A stretch of 64,000 bases of DNA from Candidatus Latescibacterota bacterium (GTDB lineage Bacteria > Latescibacterota > UBA2968 > UBA8231): NCBI GenBank assembly GCA_965223905.1, contig CBDCXV010000001.1, forward strand, positions 480,001-544,000. Reading direction: 5' to 3'. Under the pieces are notes generated by a model. That model searched no databases. It saw only the letters and a list, made by a program, of their open reading frames with translations, and had not been told where the DNA came from. The position numbers were made by a program, and so were the translations under genes. Shown here piece by piece: positions 40,999 to 50,436 of the stretch; position 1 is the first letter of the stretch, and every line of letters begins with the position of its first letter.

Positions 40999-43900
40999 AC
41001 CAGCTCCTGCATCACGCGTTTTGCCTTTTCCAGGCGTTCCTGTTCATCGCCGGCGCGCAGAAAGGTCTCGATCGTAAGCCGCTCGGCGACGTCGAACTCG
41101 AGCTCGGACGAGTTCTTCTCGACCAGGCGCTGAATATCGGATGGGGTGATCTGCACCTCTTCCGGGAAAACCAGGCGGAATCTCGATCTCTCCAGTTGCA
41201 CCCCCGCCAGGCGCAGCTGCCGCGCCAACACCTTGATTTCCATGATGTTCATCAGCGACCGGGCCTGCCAGGGCAGGCGCCCGAAGCGATCCTCCAGCTC
41301 TTCCTGGATCGCGAGCAGGTCGACGACGCGCCGGGCGTCCGCCAGCCGCTGGTAGAAGCCGATCTTGAGATCGGCGTCGGATATGTAGTCCTCGGGGATG
41401 TAGGCGGTGGCGGCGATCCTGATGTCGGGCTCGACCTCCGGCTCCACTTCTTCACCCTTCAGCTCGCGCACCGCTTCGTCGAGCAGGCGGCAGTAGAGGT
41501 CGAAGCCGACTGCGTGAATGAAGCCGTGCTGCTGCGCCCCCAGGAGGTTGCCGGCGCCGCGGATCTCCATGTCGCGCATGGCGATGTTGAATCCGGAGCC
41601 GAGGTCGGCGAATTCCTCGATGGCGCGCAGGCGCAGTCGGGACTTGCGCGTCAGGCGTTTGCCCTTGGGAACCATCAGGTAGGCGTAGGCGCGCTCTTTC
41701 GAGCGGCCGACCCGGCCGCGGATCTGGTACAGCTGGCCCAGGCCAAGCATGTCGGCGCGGTTGACCAGAACCGTGTTGACCGTGGGGATGTCGATCCCGG
41801 ACTCGATGATCATGGTGGTTACCAGGCAGTCGTATTTCCGCTCGAGAAAATCGAACATGATCTTCTCGAGCTGCCGCGAGCCCATCTGTCCGTGGGCGAC
41901 GCCGAAACGGACGGCGGGCAACAGATCCTCCAGGTACTCGGCCAGCCGCTGAATCGACTGTACGCGGTTGTGAACGAAATAGACCTGCCCGCCGCGGGTG
42001 ATCTCGTGGCTGATCGCTGCGGCGATGCGGTCCTCGTCGAAGGAGAGGATTTCGGTGTGGATCGGCAGTCTGTCCTGAGGCGGCGTGTTGATTACCGACA
42101 TGTCCCTGGAGCCCATCAGGGACATGTGCAGGGTGCGCGGAATCGGGGTGGCGGTCAGGGTCATCACGTCGATCAGGCGCTTGAACTGCTTCAGCTTTTC
42201 CTTGTGCCTGACGCCGAAGCGCTGCTCTTCGTCGACGACCAGCATGCCCAGGTCCCGGAATTCGACGTCCTTCGACAAAATCCGGTGGGTGCCGATCAGG
42301 ATGTCGACTTTGCCATCCTTGACATCCCTGGCGATCCGTTTCAGTTCCGTGGCGGTGCGGAACCGGCTCATGACCTCGATGCGGGCTGCGGTCTGCGACA
42401 TCCGCTCCGAGAAAGTCAGGAAGTGCTGCTGCGCCAGGATCGTCGTCGGCACGAGAACCGCTACCTGCTTGCCGTCGCACACCGCCTTGTACGCGGCGCG
42501 CACGGCGACTTCCGTCTTTCCGTAGCCGACGTCCCCGCACACCAGCCGGTCCATCGGGTGGGACGCCTCCATGTCGCTCTTGACTTCCTCCACCGCGCGC
42601 AGCTGGTCGGGTGTTTCCTGGTATGGAAACGAGGCTTCCAGCTCCCGCTGCATCGAGGAGTCGGCAGCGTAGCCGAAACCCGCCTGCGTCTGGCGCTCCG
42701 CGTAGAGCTGGATCAGCTCGCGAGCCATCTTGAAGATCTCTTCCCGGGTGCGCTCCTTGAGCTTCTCCCAGGCGTTTCCGCCGAGCTTGTTGAGCAGCGG
42801 CGGTTCCCCTTCCGCGCCGGAGTACTTCCGCAGCCGGTCGAGCTGCTCCACCGGGACGAACAGCTTGTCTTCCCCCTGGTAGACGACCTCAAGGCAGTCG
42901 TGGTCGCGTCCGCTCAGCGTCAGCCTGCGAATGCCGCGGTAGCGCCCGACGCCGTGGTCGACGTGAACGACGAAGTCGCCGACTGAAAGCGCATCGCGGG
43001 AGGAGATCGGTTTGGCCGCCTTGAAGCGCCGGTAGCGGTAACGCTGCTTGCGGCGGCTGAAGATCTCGTGATCGTTGAGCACCGCGACGCGCGCTTCCGG
43101 GAAGACGAAGCCGCGATGCAGCGTTCCCAGGCCGAATGACAGCTTTTCCGAGCCGTCTGCCAGGATCTCCTCCAGCCTGCTCGACTGGCCCTGCGTTTCG
43201 GTGAGGAGGTGGATCTCGTATCCCTCGCCATCGAGGGTCTCCAGCTCTTTCCGCAGCACGGGGAGCTCGCCCTGTACGGCGCGAGGCTCGCGGCTCTCGA
43301 AGCGGACGGCGCTCCCGGAGGACCCTACCGGCGCCTGCGCCAGCCGGCTCTCCGCGGAGATGCGCTGGCGCAGCCAGTCGGCATCCCGCACCAGCGCCGG
43401 GGGCGGCAGTCGGTCGCCGCGGTCGCGGTGTTTTTCGTAGTCGGCAACCGAGGTCCTGAGCGCCTTGGCGATCTCGGGCTCGAACTCCTCGGCCTCGTCG
43501 CAGAAAAGGACCGGGTCGTGGAGGTATTCGAAGAGGCCGTTGTCGCGGCCGTAGAGGAGGGACATGAAGGTCTCGATTCCTTCCAGGGAGCCGCCGAGCT
43601 CGAGCTGGTCTTTCAGGTAGTCGAGGCCGACCTCGTGGTCCCGTTCCGCCTCCTCGATGGCGCCGGCGTATTGCTCGAACAGTGGAGGATGAAGCAGCAG
43701 CTCGGCCGCCGGCAGCACGTTCACCTCCTCCATCGCGCTCAGCGAGCGCTGGGTAGCGACGTCGAACTGGCGGATGGACTCGATTTCGTCGCCGAAGAAC
43801 TCGAGGCGCAGGGGGTGTTCGAGGGCGAACGGGAAGACGTCGACGATACCGCCCCTGACGCTGAACTGCCCGACTCCGTCGACCATCGGGACGCGCTCGA

Positions 43901-44402
43901 ACCCGGAGTCGACCAGATGCGAAGAGAGGCTTTCGGGGGCCCGCTCCTCGCCGGCCCGGAGCGACAGGATCCCGTGCTCGAGGGCGTGCGGGGGGATTAC
44001 GGGGGTCACCAGGGCGGCGGCCGGTGCGACGGCGATGGTGGGCTCGCGCCCTGCGAGCTGGGCCACCGCTTCGACGCGCAGCCGGGTTACTTCTTCGGAG
44101 GGGGAGCGCCCGTCGTACAGGGGGGCGTCCCATGCAGGGAAGTAGCGCACCACTCCCTCGCCGGCGATTGCCTGCAGGTCGTCGCGCCAGCGTTCGGCGC
44201 GGTCTTCATCGCTGGTGATTACCAGCAAGGGCCGGTTCATCGACCGCTGCACGTGAGTTGCCAGGAAAGCGGCCAGCGTCGCGGGCAGGCCGTGCAGAAG
44301 AACCTCCTCCTCCCCCCGCTGAAGGCGCCTCACGGCCTCTTTGAAGGAGGAGGTCAGCGCCGTTTTGCGAGCGATGTGATCGAGGGATGAAGCCGGGGTC
44401 AT
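40995..44402 (-). CDS. mfd: Transcription-repair coupling factor
   Basis: RGGIVD, VVHVDHGVG, GDVGYGKT, DEEQRFG, TATPIPRT, QIRGRVGR, TRCF domain. Confidence 0.97.
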   Translation of the reverse strand: MTPASSLDHIARKTALTSSFKEAVRRLQRGEEEVLLHGLPATLAAFLATHVQRSMNRPLLVITSDEDRAERWRDDLQAIAGEGVVRYFPAWDAPLYDGRSPSEEVTRLRVEAVAQLAGREPTIAVAPAAALVTPVIPPHALEHGILSLRAGEERAPESLSSHLVDSGFERVPMVDGVGQFSVRGGIVDVFPFALEHPLRLEFFGDEIESIRQFDVATQRSLSAMEEVNVLPAAELLLHPPLFEQYAGAIEEAERDHEVGLDYLKDQLELGGSLEGIETFMSLLYGRDNGLFEYLHDPVLFCDEAEEFEPEIAKALRTSVADYEKHRDRGDRLPPPALVRDADWLRQRISAESRLAQAPVGSSGSAVRFESREPRAVQGELPVLRKELETLDGEGYEIHLLTETQGQSSRLEEILADGSEKLSFGLGTLHRGFVFPEARVAVLNDHEIFSRRKQRYRYRRFKAAKPISSRDALSVGDFVVHVDHGVGRYRGIRRLTLSGRDHDCLEVVYQGEDKLFVPVEQLDRLRKYSGAEGEPPLLNKLGGNAWEKLKERTREEIFKMARELIQLYAERQTQAGFGYAADSSMQRELEASFPYQETPDQLRAVEEVKSDMEASHPMDRLVCGDVGYGKTEVAVRAAYKAVCDGKQVAVLVPTTILAQQHFLTFSERMSQTAARIEVMSRFRTATELKRIARDVKDGKVDILIGTHRILSKDVEFRDLGMLVVDEEQRFGVRHKEKLKQFKRLIDVMTLTATPIPRTLHMSLMGSRDMSVINTPPQDRLPIHTEILSFDEDRIAAAISHEITRGGQVYFVHNRVQSIQRLAEYLEDLLPAVRFGVAHGQMGSRQLEKIMFDFLERKYDCLVTTMIIESGIDIPTVNTVLVNRADMLGLGQLYQIRGRVGRSKERAYAYLMVPKGKRLTRKSRLRLRAIEEFADLGSGFNIAMRDMEIRGAGNLLGAQQHGFIHAVGFDLYCRLLDEAVRELKGEEVEPEVEPDIRIAATAYIPEDYISDADLKIGFYQRLADARRVVDLLAIQEELEDRFGRLPWQARSLMNIMEIKVLARQLRLAGVQLERSRFRLVFPEEVQITPSDIQRLVEKNSSELEFDVAERLTIETFLRAGDEQERLEKAKRVMQELV

Positions 44403-44642
44403 TAAGGCAGAGAGCAGCACTTGGACGGCAGTGCCGCCGGACGGGTGCGCTGGGTGGGAGGTGGTTCTGGTGTGGAAGTGAGTTGGGGGCTTGGAAGCGC
44501 CTGAAAAGGCAGGAAAGATAAAGGGGCCTCGGAACCGGCGCCAATTTGCCGCCTTCCGCGAAAGGAGCCGAAACCGAGGTGATTGCAGCAAACTGCTGAC
44601 CAGGTTAACCGGTCGTTCGGTCGATCCACCTGTGAACGGCCA

Positions 44643-44670
44643 AAACTTTCTCACTCCTCCAGGCGTCTAA
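44643..44670 (+). promoter_or_regulatory. ECF-type promoter (probable autoregulation)
   Basis: AAACTT-N16-GTCTAA ending 57 nt upstream of the ECF sigma gene. Confidence 0.65.
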
Positions 44671-44726
44671 CCAGTTGGGCCCGGGGGAAGTCTCGAATCG
44701 GGACGCCCTGGTTTCCAGGAGGGTAG

Positions 44727-45308
44727 ATGACGGACGCCGAACTGGTGAGGCGCTTCCGCGGCGGCGATCCCCAGGCTTTCAACGCCCTGGTGGGGCGTTG
44801 GCAGGGGCGTCTCTACAACTTCATTCTGCGCTATACGGGAGATCGCGAAGAGGCACGGGACCTGTGCCAGAAGGTGCTTGTCAGTGCTTACCGCAACATT
44901 CGTCGACTGCGCGATCCGGAGAAAGTTTCCACATGGCTGTACCAGATCGCGGTAAACACCTGCCGCGACGAGCTGAGACGGCGCCGGCGGTACACTGCGG
45001 TCTCCCTGGAAAGTCTGGAGCACGGGGGAGACCGCACGGGGAATCCCCTGCTGCAGTCTTCCTCTCCTGCAGATTCAAGGGTCCACGCGCGAGATCTGCG
45101 CGACCTGCTAAATCGAGCCCTGCAGTCCATCCCCGAGGAGCAACGGGTAGTGGTCCTGATGAAGGAATACCAGCACCTGAAATTCACTGAGATCGCAACC
45201 GTTCTCGAGTTGCCCGTGAATACGGTCAAATCGCGGCTCTACTATGGCCTGAACAATCTCAGAAAGCTGCTGAATCAGTGGGATGTCACGGAGGAGACGA
45301 TCGATTGA
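44727..45308 (+). CDS. ECF RNA polymerase sigma factor
   Basis: AFNALV, WLYQIAVN, EIATVLELPVNTVKSRL. Confidence 0.93.
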   Translation: MTDAELVRRFRGGDPQAFNALVGRWQGRLYNFILRYTGDREEARDLCQKVLVSAYRNIRRLRDPEKVSTWLYQIAVNTCRDELRRRRRYTAVSLESLEHGGDRTGNPLLQSSSPADSRVHARDLRDLLNRALQSIPEEQRVVVLMKEYQHLKFTEIATVLELPVNTVKSRLYYGLNNLRKLLNQWDVTEETID

Positions 45309-46012
45309 TGAAATGCGATCTGTCGAGAGAAAAACTCGTGGAGTATTTCTACGGCGAGGTGAATGCGGAGAAGAAAGCGGGCATCGAGGCGCACGCGAAA
45401 ATATGCCCGAGCTGCAAGCAGGCCCTGGAGGAGATGGGTTGGACTGCGAGCAGCTTGCGCGCCTGGGAGGACGAGAATCCGCAGGCGAGTGTGGTATTCA
45501 CGCTGGAAAAGCCTCCACCCTGGTGGAAAGCTTTTTTCCCAGACTGGCTTTATGCAGGGAAAAGCCGCTGGCTGATGCCGGGCCTGTCTCTCGGTCTGGC
45601 CGGCGTCGTGCTGGTCCTGTCTCTATTGAATATCGAGGTCGAGTACGGACAGGGAGCTATCCGCGCGAGCCTGAGCTTGCCGGCGGATTCCGAGGCCGAG
45701 CCGGTGACAACCGTCCTGGAAGAGCCGCTCACGCGGGGGGAATTTTTTTGGGCGCAACAACACTCCCTGGCCCTGATCGAGGAACTGATCGTCGTTGCCC
45801 ACGAACAGCAACGCGTTGAACTCGGTCTGGTCCTGGCCCGATTCGACCAGAACCTCGAAGCCCGGCGCCTCAGGGACCTGCAACTGGTAGGCGAAGGGCT
45901 GCAGAAGATCGACTGGTCGACGGAGAGCCGTTTCATGCGCGCCGAAGAACTGTTGCGCCGTTTGCTGGTGGCCACATACGCCAGGATGGATCCACCCATG
46001 GAGTCCAACTGA
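45308..46012 (+). CDS. Anti-sigma factor (zf-HC2 + TM)
   Basis: HAKICPSC (HxxxCxxC) followed by a TM segment; TGATG coupling to the sigma gene. Confidence 0.85.
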   Translation: MKCDLSREKLVEYFYGEVNAEKKAGIEAHAKICPSCKQALEEMGWTASSLRAWEDENPQASVVFTLEKPPPWWKAFFPDWLYAGKSRWLMPGLSLGLAGVVLVLSLLNIEVEYGQGAIRASLSLPADSEAEPVTTVLEEPLTRGEFFWAQQHSLALIEELIVVAHEQQRVELGLVLARFDQNLEARRLRDLQLVGEGLQKIDWSTESRFMRAEELLRRLLVATYARMDPPMESN

Positions 46013-46036
46013 ATGTTTCGTTTGGAGGTGTTAAAA

Positions 46037-47281
46037 ATGAAAGATAGTCTGCTGGTGGCATTGGTGGCCGCCTGCTTTATCGTTCTGACGGTTCCCGACC
46101 TTGCCGAGGCAGAGATCGACAAGAAGCGCATGCGGCGGGATCTGAGCATCATGGAGGATGTGCTGAAAAGCTTGTACAGGCATGCGAATACATCCATATT
46201 GGGGACTTCATTGGGGACTTCGAAACCGCGTGTGCGGGGGATGTACTTTGAAAACTACGGGGTTGTTGTTCTCATTGAAGATCGCAATCCAGGAGGCATC
46301 ATCGGTCTTTCCCATCACTTCGGTCTGAAGGCTTTCATGAAGCAGCTGGAGGATTTCGAAGATACCAGGGGATCGGTTTTTGAAGAGAAAGCGAGGAAGC
46401 TGGAAGAGGAAGGCCGAGCGGCCCAGGAAAATCGAATCGCTGAATTCCTGGGGAATTACGCTGATGCAATTCGCCAGTTGAAAGAAGAAGATAGAGTTGC
46501 GGTCCTGCTGCGATATCGAGCTGTCGATTCTTACGGGGTCGAGACAAGGACAAGACCATATGAGGATTCAACGCTGGTCAAAACGATACTGTTTGCTGGC
46601 AGGGATTCTGTGGTGGTCGAGACAGTCGAAGACCAAGGGGTGAAAAAAACCAGAATGTTTCCAGGAAAAAACCGGGAAATGTTTCCTGAAAAAAGCCTGG
46701 ACAGGTTAAGGAATATAATTTCGGTTCCAGCAGGTGAGTATTACGAGGTTTCGGCAAAAAAGCGGGATATAGTCGAGTACCGCAGCGAGCGTATCGGCGA
46801 GGAGGAGTTTCGCCAGCGGTTGGTGGTTCGGGAGCACAAACCGGACGATTCCAGGATGAAGAAGATCCAGATCCTTTCGGTAATCCTGGACAATTCTCTT
46901 AAGCGGACCGATCAACTCGTACCGAATTTTGGCACAAGGACTTTAAGTATGTACTACGAGGGATTGGGGGCAGTTTTCTTCATGAATGCGGGACACGGGT
47001 ACTGGGAAATTCATCCTCTGACAACAAAACAAGGTGCGGCAGAGGTGGAGACTCGCGAACGGTTCAGGGAAAAGCTGATCGAGGTAGTGGGCGACTACGG
47101 CTACACACTGCGCACCCTCGGGCCTGAGGAGTACATGGTGGTCGATGTCCGCTTTCCGGCAGGGTGGGAAAGCAATCCGGGGCTTGTGCTGAAGGTTCGA
47201 AAGAAGGACGTCGATGCCTTCAGCCGGGAGGAAATGGACTTCGAGGAGTTTCGTCGAAAGGTCGAGATCCTGGAATTTTAA
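46037..47281 (+). CDS. Hypothetical exported protein with an internally duplicated domain
   Basis: Signal peptide (..PDLAEA); GGAGG RBS; repeats GMYFENYGVVV/SMYYEGLGAVF, FLGNYADAIRQL/VVGDYGYTLRTL, EEEFRQRL/FEEFRRKV. Confidence 0.75.
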   Translation: MKDSLLVALVAACFIVLTVPDLAEAEIDKKRMRRDLSIMEDVLKSLYRHANTSILGTSLGTSKPRVRGMYFENYGVVVLIEDRNPGGIIGLSHHFGLKAFMKQLEDFEDTRGSVFEEKARKLEEEGRAAQENRIAEFLGNYADAIRQLKEEDRVAVLLRYRAVDSYGVETRTRPYEDSTLVKTILFAGRDSVVVETVEDQGVKKTRMFPGKNREMFPEKSLDRLRNIISVPAGEYYEVSAKKRDIVEYRSERIGEEEFRQRLVVREHKPDDSRMKKIQILSVILDNSLKRTDQLVPNFGTRTLSMYYEGLGAVFFMNAGHGYWEIHPLTTKQGAAEVETRERFREKLIEVVGDYGYTLRTLGPEEYMVVDVRFPAGWESNPGLVLKVRKKDVDAFSREEMDFEEFRRKVEILEF

Positions 47282-47312
47282 TTGCGCCCGGATGCTCCCG
47301 CGCAAGGAACCC

Positions 47313-48362
47313 TCATCCTGCTTCCAGCGAGATTCCCAACTTCGCTCCCCACTCGACGATCTGGCGCCAGGTTTCCTCTTCGACGTCAATCCCGTGCGTC
47401 CGCTCCTGCGTGACAATCGCCTCGATTTCGCCGGGCATCAGGATGTCGTCGAAGCCCTCCGCTGGAGGCGACGATTTGACGTGGGCTACGAATTTCTCCG
47501 ATTCCTCGAAAAACTCGTCGAGGGGCAGGAACTGTTCGACGTCGATGACGATCAGCAGCACCCCGTTCCTCAGCCTGTTGTCCTTCCCGATGTATCCTGA
47601 ACCGGTGAGAATGCCGGCTATAAGCTCGAGTGCGACGTTGAGCGCATACCCCTTGTGACCTGCGGCGGCCCCTCCGAGCGGAAGGATGCTGCCTGGGGGG
47701 TCGCTGTACAAGTCGTTGGGATCATTCGTCGGTTCCCCCCTTGAGTTGAGAAGCCATCCATCAGGGGTTTCCACTCCGCGGTTGCGGGCAACCCTGACCT
47801 TGCCCTCCGCAACTACGGTCGTGGTCATGTCGATGACGATCGGCCCTGAGGATCGCGGAATCCCGAAAGCGAGAGGATCGGTGACGAGCCTCGGCTCGAT
47901 GCCTCCCCAAGGGGCCATGCGGAACTGCGGCACACCCACGGCGTTTACGAACATCATCCCGACCATCCCTTGTCTGGCAATCTGGTCGACGTAGCTGCCG
48001 AGACGGCCGATGTGGTTAGCCTGGCGGACGGCGATCGCGGCCATTCCCGTTTGCCGGGCCTTGTCCAGACCGAGTTCGGTGGCGCGGCTCATCGTGACCT
48101 GTCCAAACCCCCAGTTGCCCTCGACAACCGCCATTATCGGGGTCTGGCCAACGATCTCCACCTCTGCAACCGGAACGATCTCCTCCTTTTCGATCAAGGC
48201 GAGGTACTGCGGCAGGCGGATGACGCCATGGGAGTCGTGGCCGGCGCGGTTCGCTTCGACGAGCAGCCCGGCTACCAGCCCGGCCTTGTCCGGCGGTGTT
48301 CCCGCGGCAACCAGGACGGCCGTCGCGTGTTCGATCAATTCGTTCGGTGTGAAGGTTGGCAT
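47313..48362 (-). CDS. Ldh_2 family oxidoreductase (malate/L-lactate dehydrogenase type 2)
   Basis: GHDSHG, NHIGRLG, DMTT, GHKGYAL, MPGE. Confidence 0.9.
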   Translation of the reverse strand: MPTFTPNELIEHATAVLVAAGTPPDKAGLVAGLLVEANRAGHDSHGVIRLPQYLALIEKEEIVPVAEVEIVGQTPIMAVVEGNWGFGQVTMSRATELGLDKARQTGMAAIAVRQANHIGRLGSYVDQIARQGMVGMMFVNAVGVPQFRMAPWGGIEPRLVTDPLAFGIPRSSGPIVIDMTTTVVAEGKVRVARNRGVETPDGWLLNSRGEPTNDPNDLYSDPPGSILPLGGAAAGHKGYALNVALELIAGILTGSGYIGKDNRLRNGVLLIVIDVEQFLPLDEFFEESEKFVAHVKSSPPAEGFDDILMPGEIEAIVTQERTHGIDVEEETWRQIVEWGAKLGISLEAG

Positions 48363-48505
48363 ATGTACGGCATCCCACGCGGATCCGGCCCGGAACTGTT
48401 TGCGGGCGAGCCGGAAAGGAGCGTTAAAGGCTGTTGAAAGGGTAGCGGAAACCACGGGTCTGCCGACGCTGAGCGCGCCGGTCGCCACGCGGCGACCGAT
48501 GGAGC

Positions 48506-48549
48506 AAAGAGAAGGGCGCAACTCCTTTTGAACGAGGAGTCGCGCCCTT
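48506..48549 (-). terminator. Terminator downstream of tRNA-Ala
   Basis: AAGGGCGCGACTCCT-N8-AGGAGTTGCGCCCTT followed by CTCTTT. Confidence 0.7.
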
Positions 48550-48555
48550 ATTTCC

Positions 48556-48631
48556 TGGTGGAGCTGAGGGGAATCGAACCCCTGACCTCCTGAATGCCAT
48601 TCAGGCGCTCTCCCAACTGAGCTACAGCCCC
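48556..48631 (-). tRNA. tRNA-Ala (GGC)
   Basis: 76 nt GGGGCTGTAGCTCAGTTGGGAGAGCG-CCTGA-ATGGCAT-TCAGG...GGTTCGATTCC...CTCCACCA; G3:U70 pair, encoded CCA. Confidence 0.98.
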
Positions 48632-48644
48632 CGGGACGCCAGTT

Positions 48645-48673
48645 AAACTAGCGGCCCCTCAGCGGTCCGTCAA
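48645..48673 (-). promoter_or_regulatory. Sigma-70 promoter of tRNA-Ala
   Basis: TTGACG-N17-TAGTTT. Confidence 0.65.
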
Positions 48674-48830
48674 TTAGTCCCGGAGGAAGCTACTTGTGGT
48701 CAGGTGGAGATAATGATTGGCATCTCCCTTCTCTAACCTGAATCGACCCTGTACATGAGTTTTTGAAACCCCGCATCGGATGTCCGGGAAAGCCCAGACA
48801 GATGGACGTGCCTAATCCCCGGATGCCCTC

Positions 48831-49505
48831 CTACCGTGCCAGCATGGCCTTGATGCGTCCCCAAGTCGACCCGTCAGCATCGGTTACGACATCTCCGGCG
48901 GACACCACGACACCGAGACCGAGATCCTCATGTTGGTACTCTTCTCGGTCAGTGGAGCTGGGACCTAGCGACAGAAAATTCACTTCGATCCGCGTCTCCG
49001 TCTGGGAGTTGAAACCGTCACTCGTGCGCACGGTGAAGGTTCCGAACTGGTGATCCCCCTCGATCGTCTCGCTGACGCTCGCTCCGCCAAGGCGCAACCG
49101 TCCGTTGTCGAGCGGTTCGACGCCGCTGCCGAAGGTCACGAAGGGATCCTCGGGTGCGAACGCGGCGCTTTCGAGATCGAAAGCGCTGGCCGGAATCAGT
49201 TCGAGAATCAGCTCGACCTGACGGATGTCATTCAACTTACGGCCGCTGAAGAGCAACGCGACTTCCTGCCCGCCGCTCGCAGCTTCCCAGTTATTCCCTT
49301 CGATCAGGACCTCGCCGGCGTAGGCGCCGTCGAGGACGACACTCTGGCGCAGTTCGGAGGCGGCCGCAGCTTTGCCAGCGGCCGGTAGCGGCGGATGCGC
49401 AACGCCTGGTTCGGCCTCGCTGCATTGCAGCAGAAAACACCAGAGGAACGACAAAACCGCTGTTATCGAGTAACGGGACACTGTGAACATTCTCCTGAGC
49501 ATCAT
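48831..49505 (-). CDS. Hypothetical exported beta-rich protein with C-terminal TWGRIK motif
   Basis: Hydrophobic N-terminal signal (possible lipobox LLQC); ends ..GSTWGRIKAMLAR; GAGG RBS. Confidence 0.7.
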   Translation of the reverse strand: MMLRRMFTVSRYSITAVLSFLWCFLLQCSEAEPGVAHPPLPAAGKAAAASELRQSVVLDGAYAGEVLIEGNNWEAASGGQEVALLFSGRKLNDIRQVELILELIPASAFDLESAAFAPEDPFVTFGSGVEPLDNGRLRLGGASVSETIEGDHQFGTFTVRTSDGFNSQTETRIEVNFLSLGPSSTDREEYQHEDLGLGVVVSAGDVVTDADGSTWGRIKAMLAR

Positions 49506-49839
49506 GTCACCTCTTGACTTGTCGGGGTTGGACTAAAGGCGCCCGGATAAGAACGCTTCGTCTGGGCATGAAGGCCATCGCTACGGCAGAGCCGGAATGT
49601 GCGCCGTTCGGCGGGATGTCTTTCGTTGAACAGACGGCAGCCCATGAAAATGTGCAGATTCCGGGTTCGGGGGCGACGGCCACCTCGAGCCGGCGACCCG
49701 TCGAAAATGTGCAGTTCCGAGTCGCAGAGCCACGGATGGGCAAAATATGGTGCAGGGCCCCGGTTTTTCCTACCGCGAATACGCATCGGACGGTCGGGGC
49801 TGATGCGGTTGGTCTGGTAGCGGTCGGAGTAGCTGGTTG

Positions 49840-50436
49840 TCACTGGAATTTCCAGATCAGCGAAAAATCCGCTGGGAGATCGGAACTGCCGGCAAGAGAC
49901 AGTCCGAAGTCGGCGAGATGGGCATCGACGTAAGCATCGAGGGCGGAAAACGTCGCCGTGGCGATGAACAGGAGCAGGCGGGTGTTGCGGCGGCCGGCCG
50001 CGGCCTGGCGTTCCGCAACCTCGGCGCGGTCGAGGTTGCGTGTCTCCGAGATGCCGGCCCCTGCAAAGCCGGCCGCCGCGGCGGAGAACAGAACCGCCTT
50101 GAAGTATCGGCCGTTGCGCAACTGACCCCATCCTGGAATCAGGGCGGACCGCCACAGGGCCTCCTTCGGGGTGAGTCGAGTTTTCGCCGTCGCATGTTCC
50201 CGATTCGCCGTGTCTGCGGTTGCTGCTGCGGTTGCTGCCGTGTCCGGGTCAGCTCGTTTCAGCACCTCGGCAGCACCGGATTCGCCGTAAGTGGCTGCAA
50301 CGGCACCGGAGGCGGCGGTCGCACCCGCCGTCAGCAAAGAGATCAGGACGAGGAGACTGCAGGCGGCCATCGGTGGCAGGGCAGGGGCGCAGCTGGGTTC
50401 CCTGGTATCCGACGCCTGTGGGCTGGCCGAGGTCAC
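49840..50436 (-). CDS. DUF5683-like membrane protein
   Basis: PKEALWRSALIPGWGQLRN..KA..LDAYVDAHL. Confidence 0.75.
   Translation of the reverse strand: MTSASPQASDTREPSCAPALPPMAACSLLVLISLLTAGATAASGAVAATYGESGAAEVLKRADPDTAATAAATADTANREHATAKTRLTPKEALWRSALIPGWGQLRNGRYFKAVLFSAAAAGFAGAGISETRNLDRAEVAERQAAAGRRNTRLLLFIATATFSALDAYVDAHLADFGLSLAGSSDLPADFSLIWKFQ

Noticed and set aside
44403-48556. Integrated element at the 3' end of tRNA-Ala
   Set aside because: No integrase and no duplicated tRNA 3' end (att site) found near mfd
50205-50250. Short GTTGCTGC repeats
   Set aside because: They encode an Ala/Thr low-complexity linker in the DUF5683-like protein
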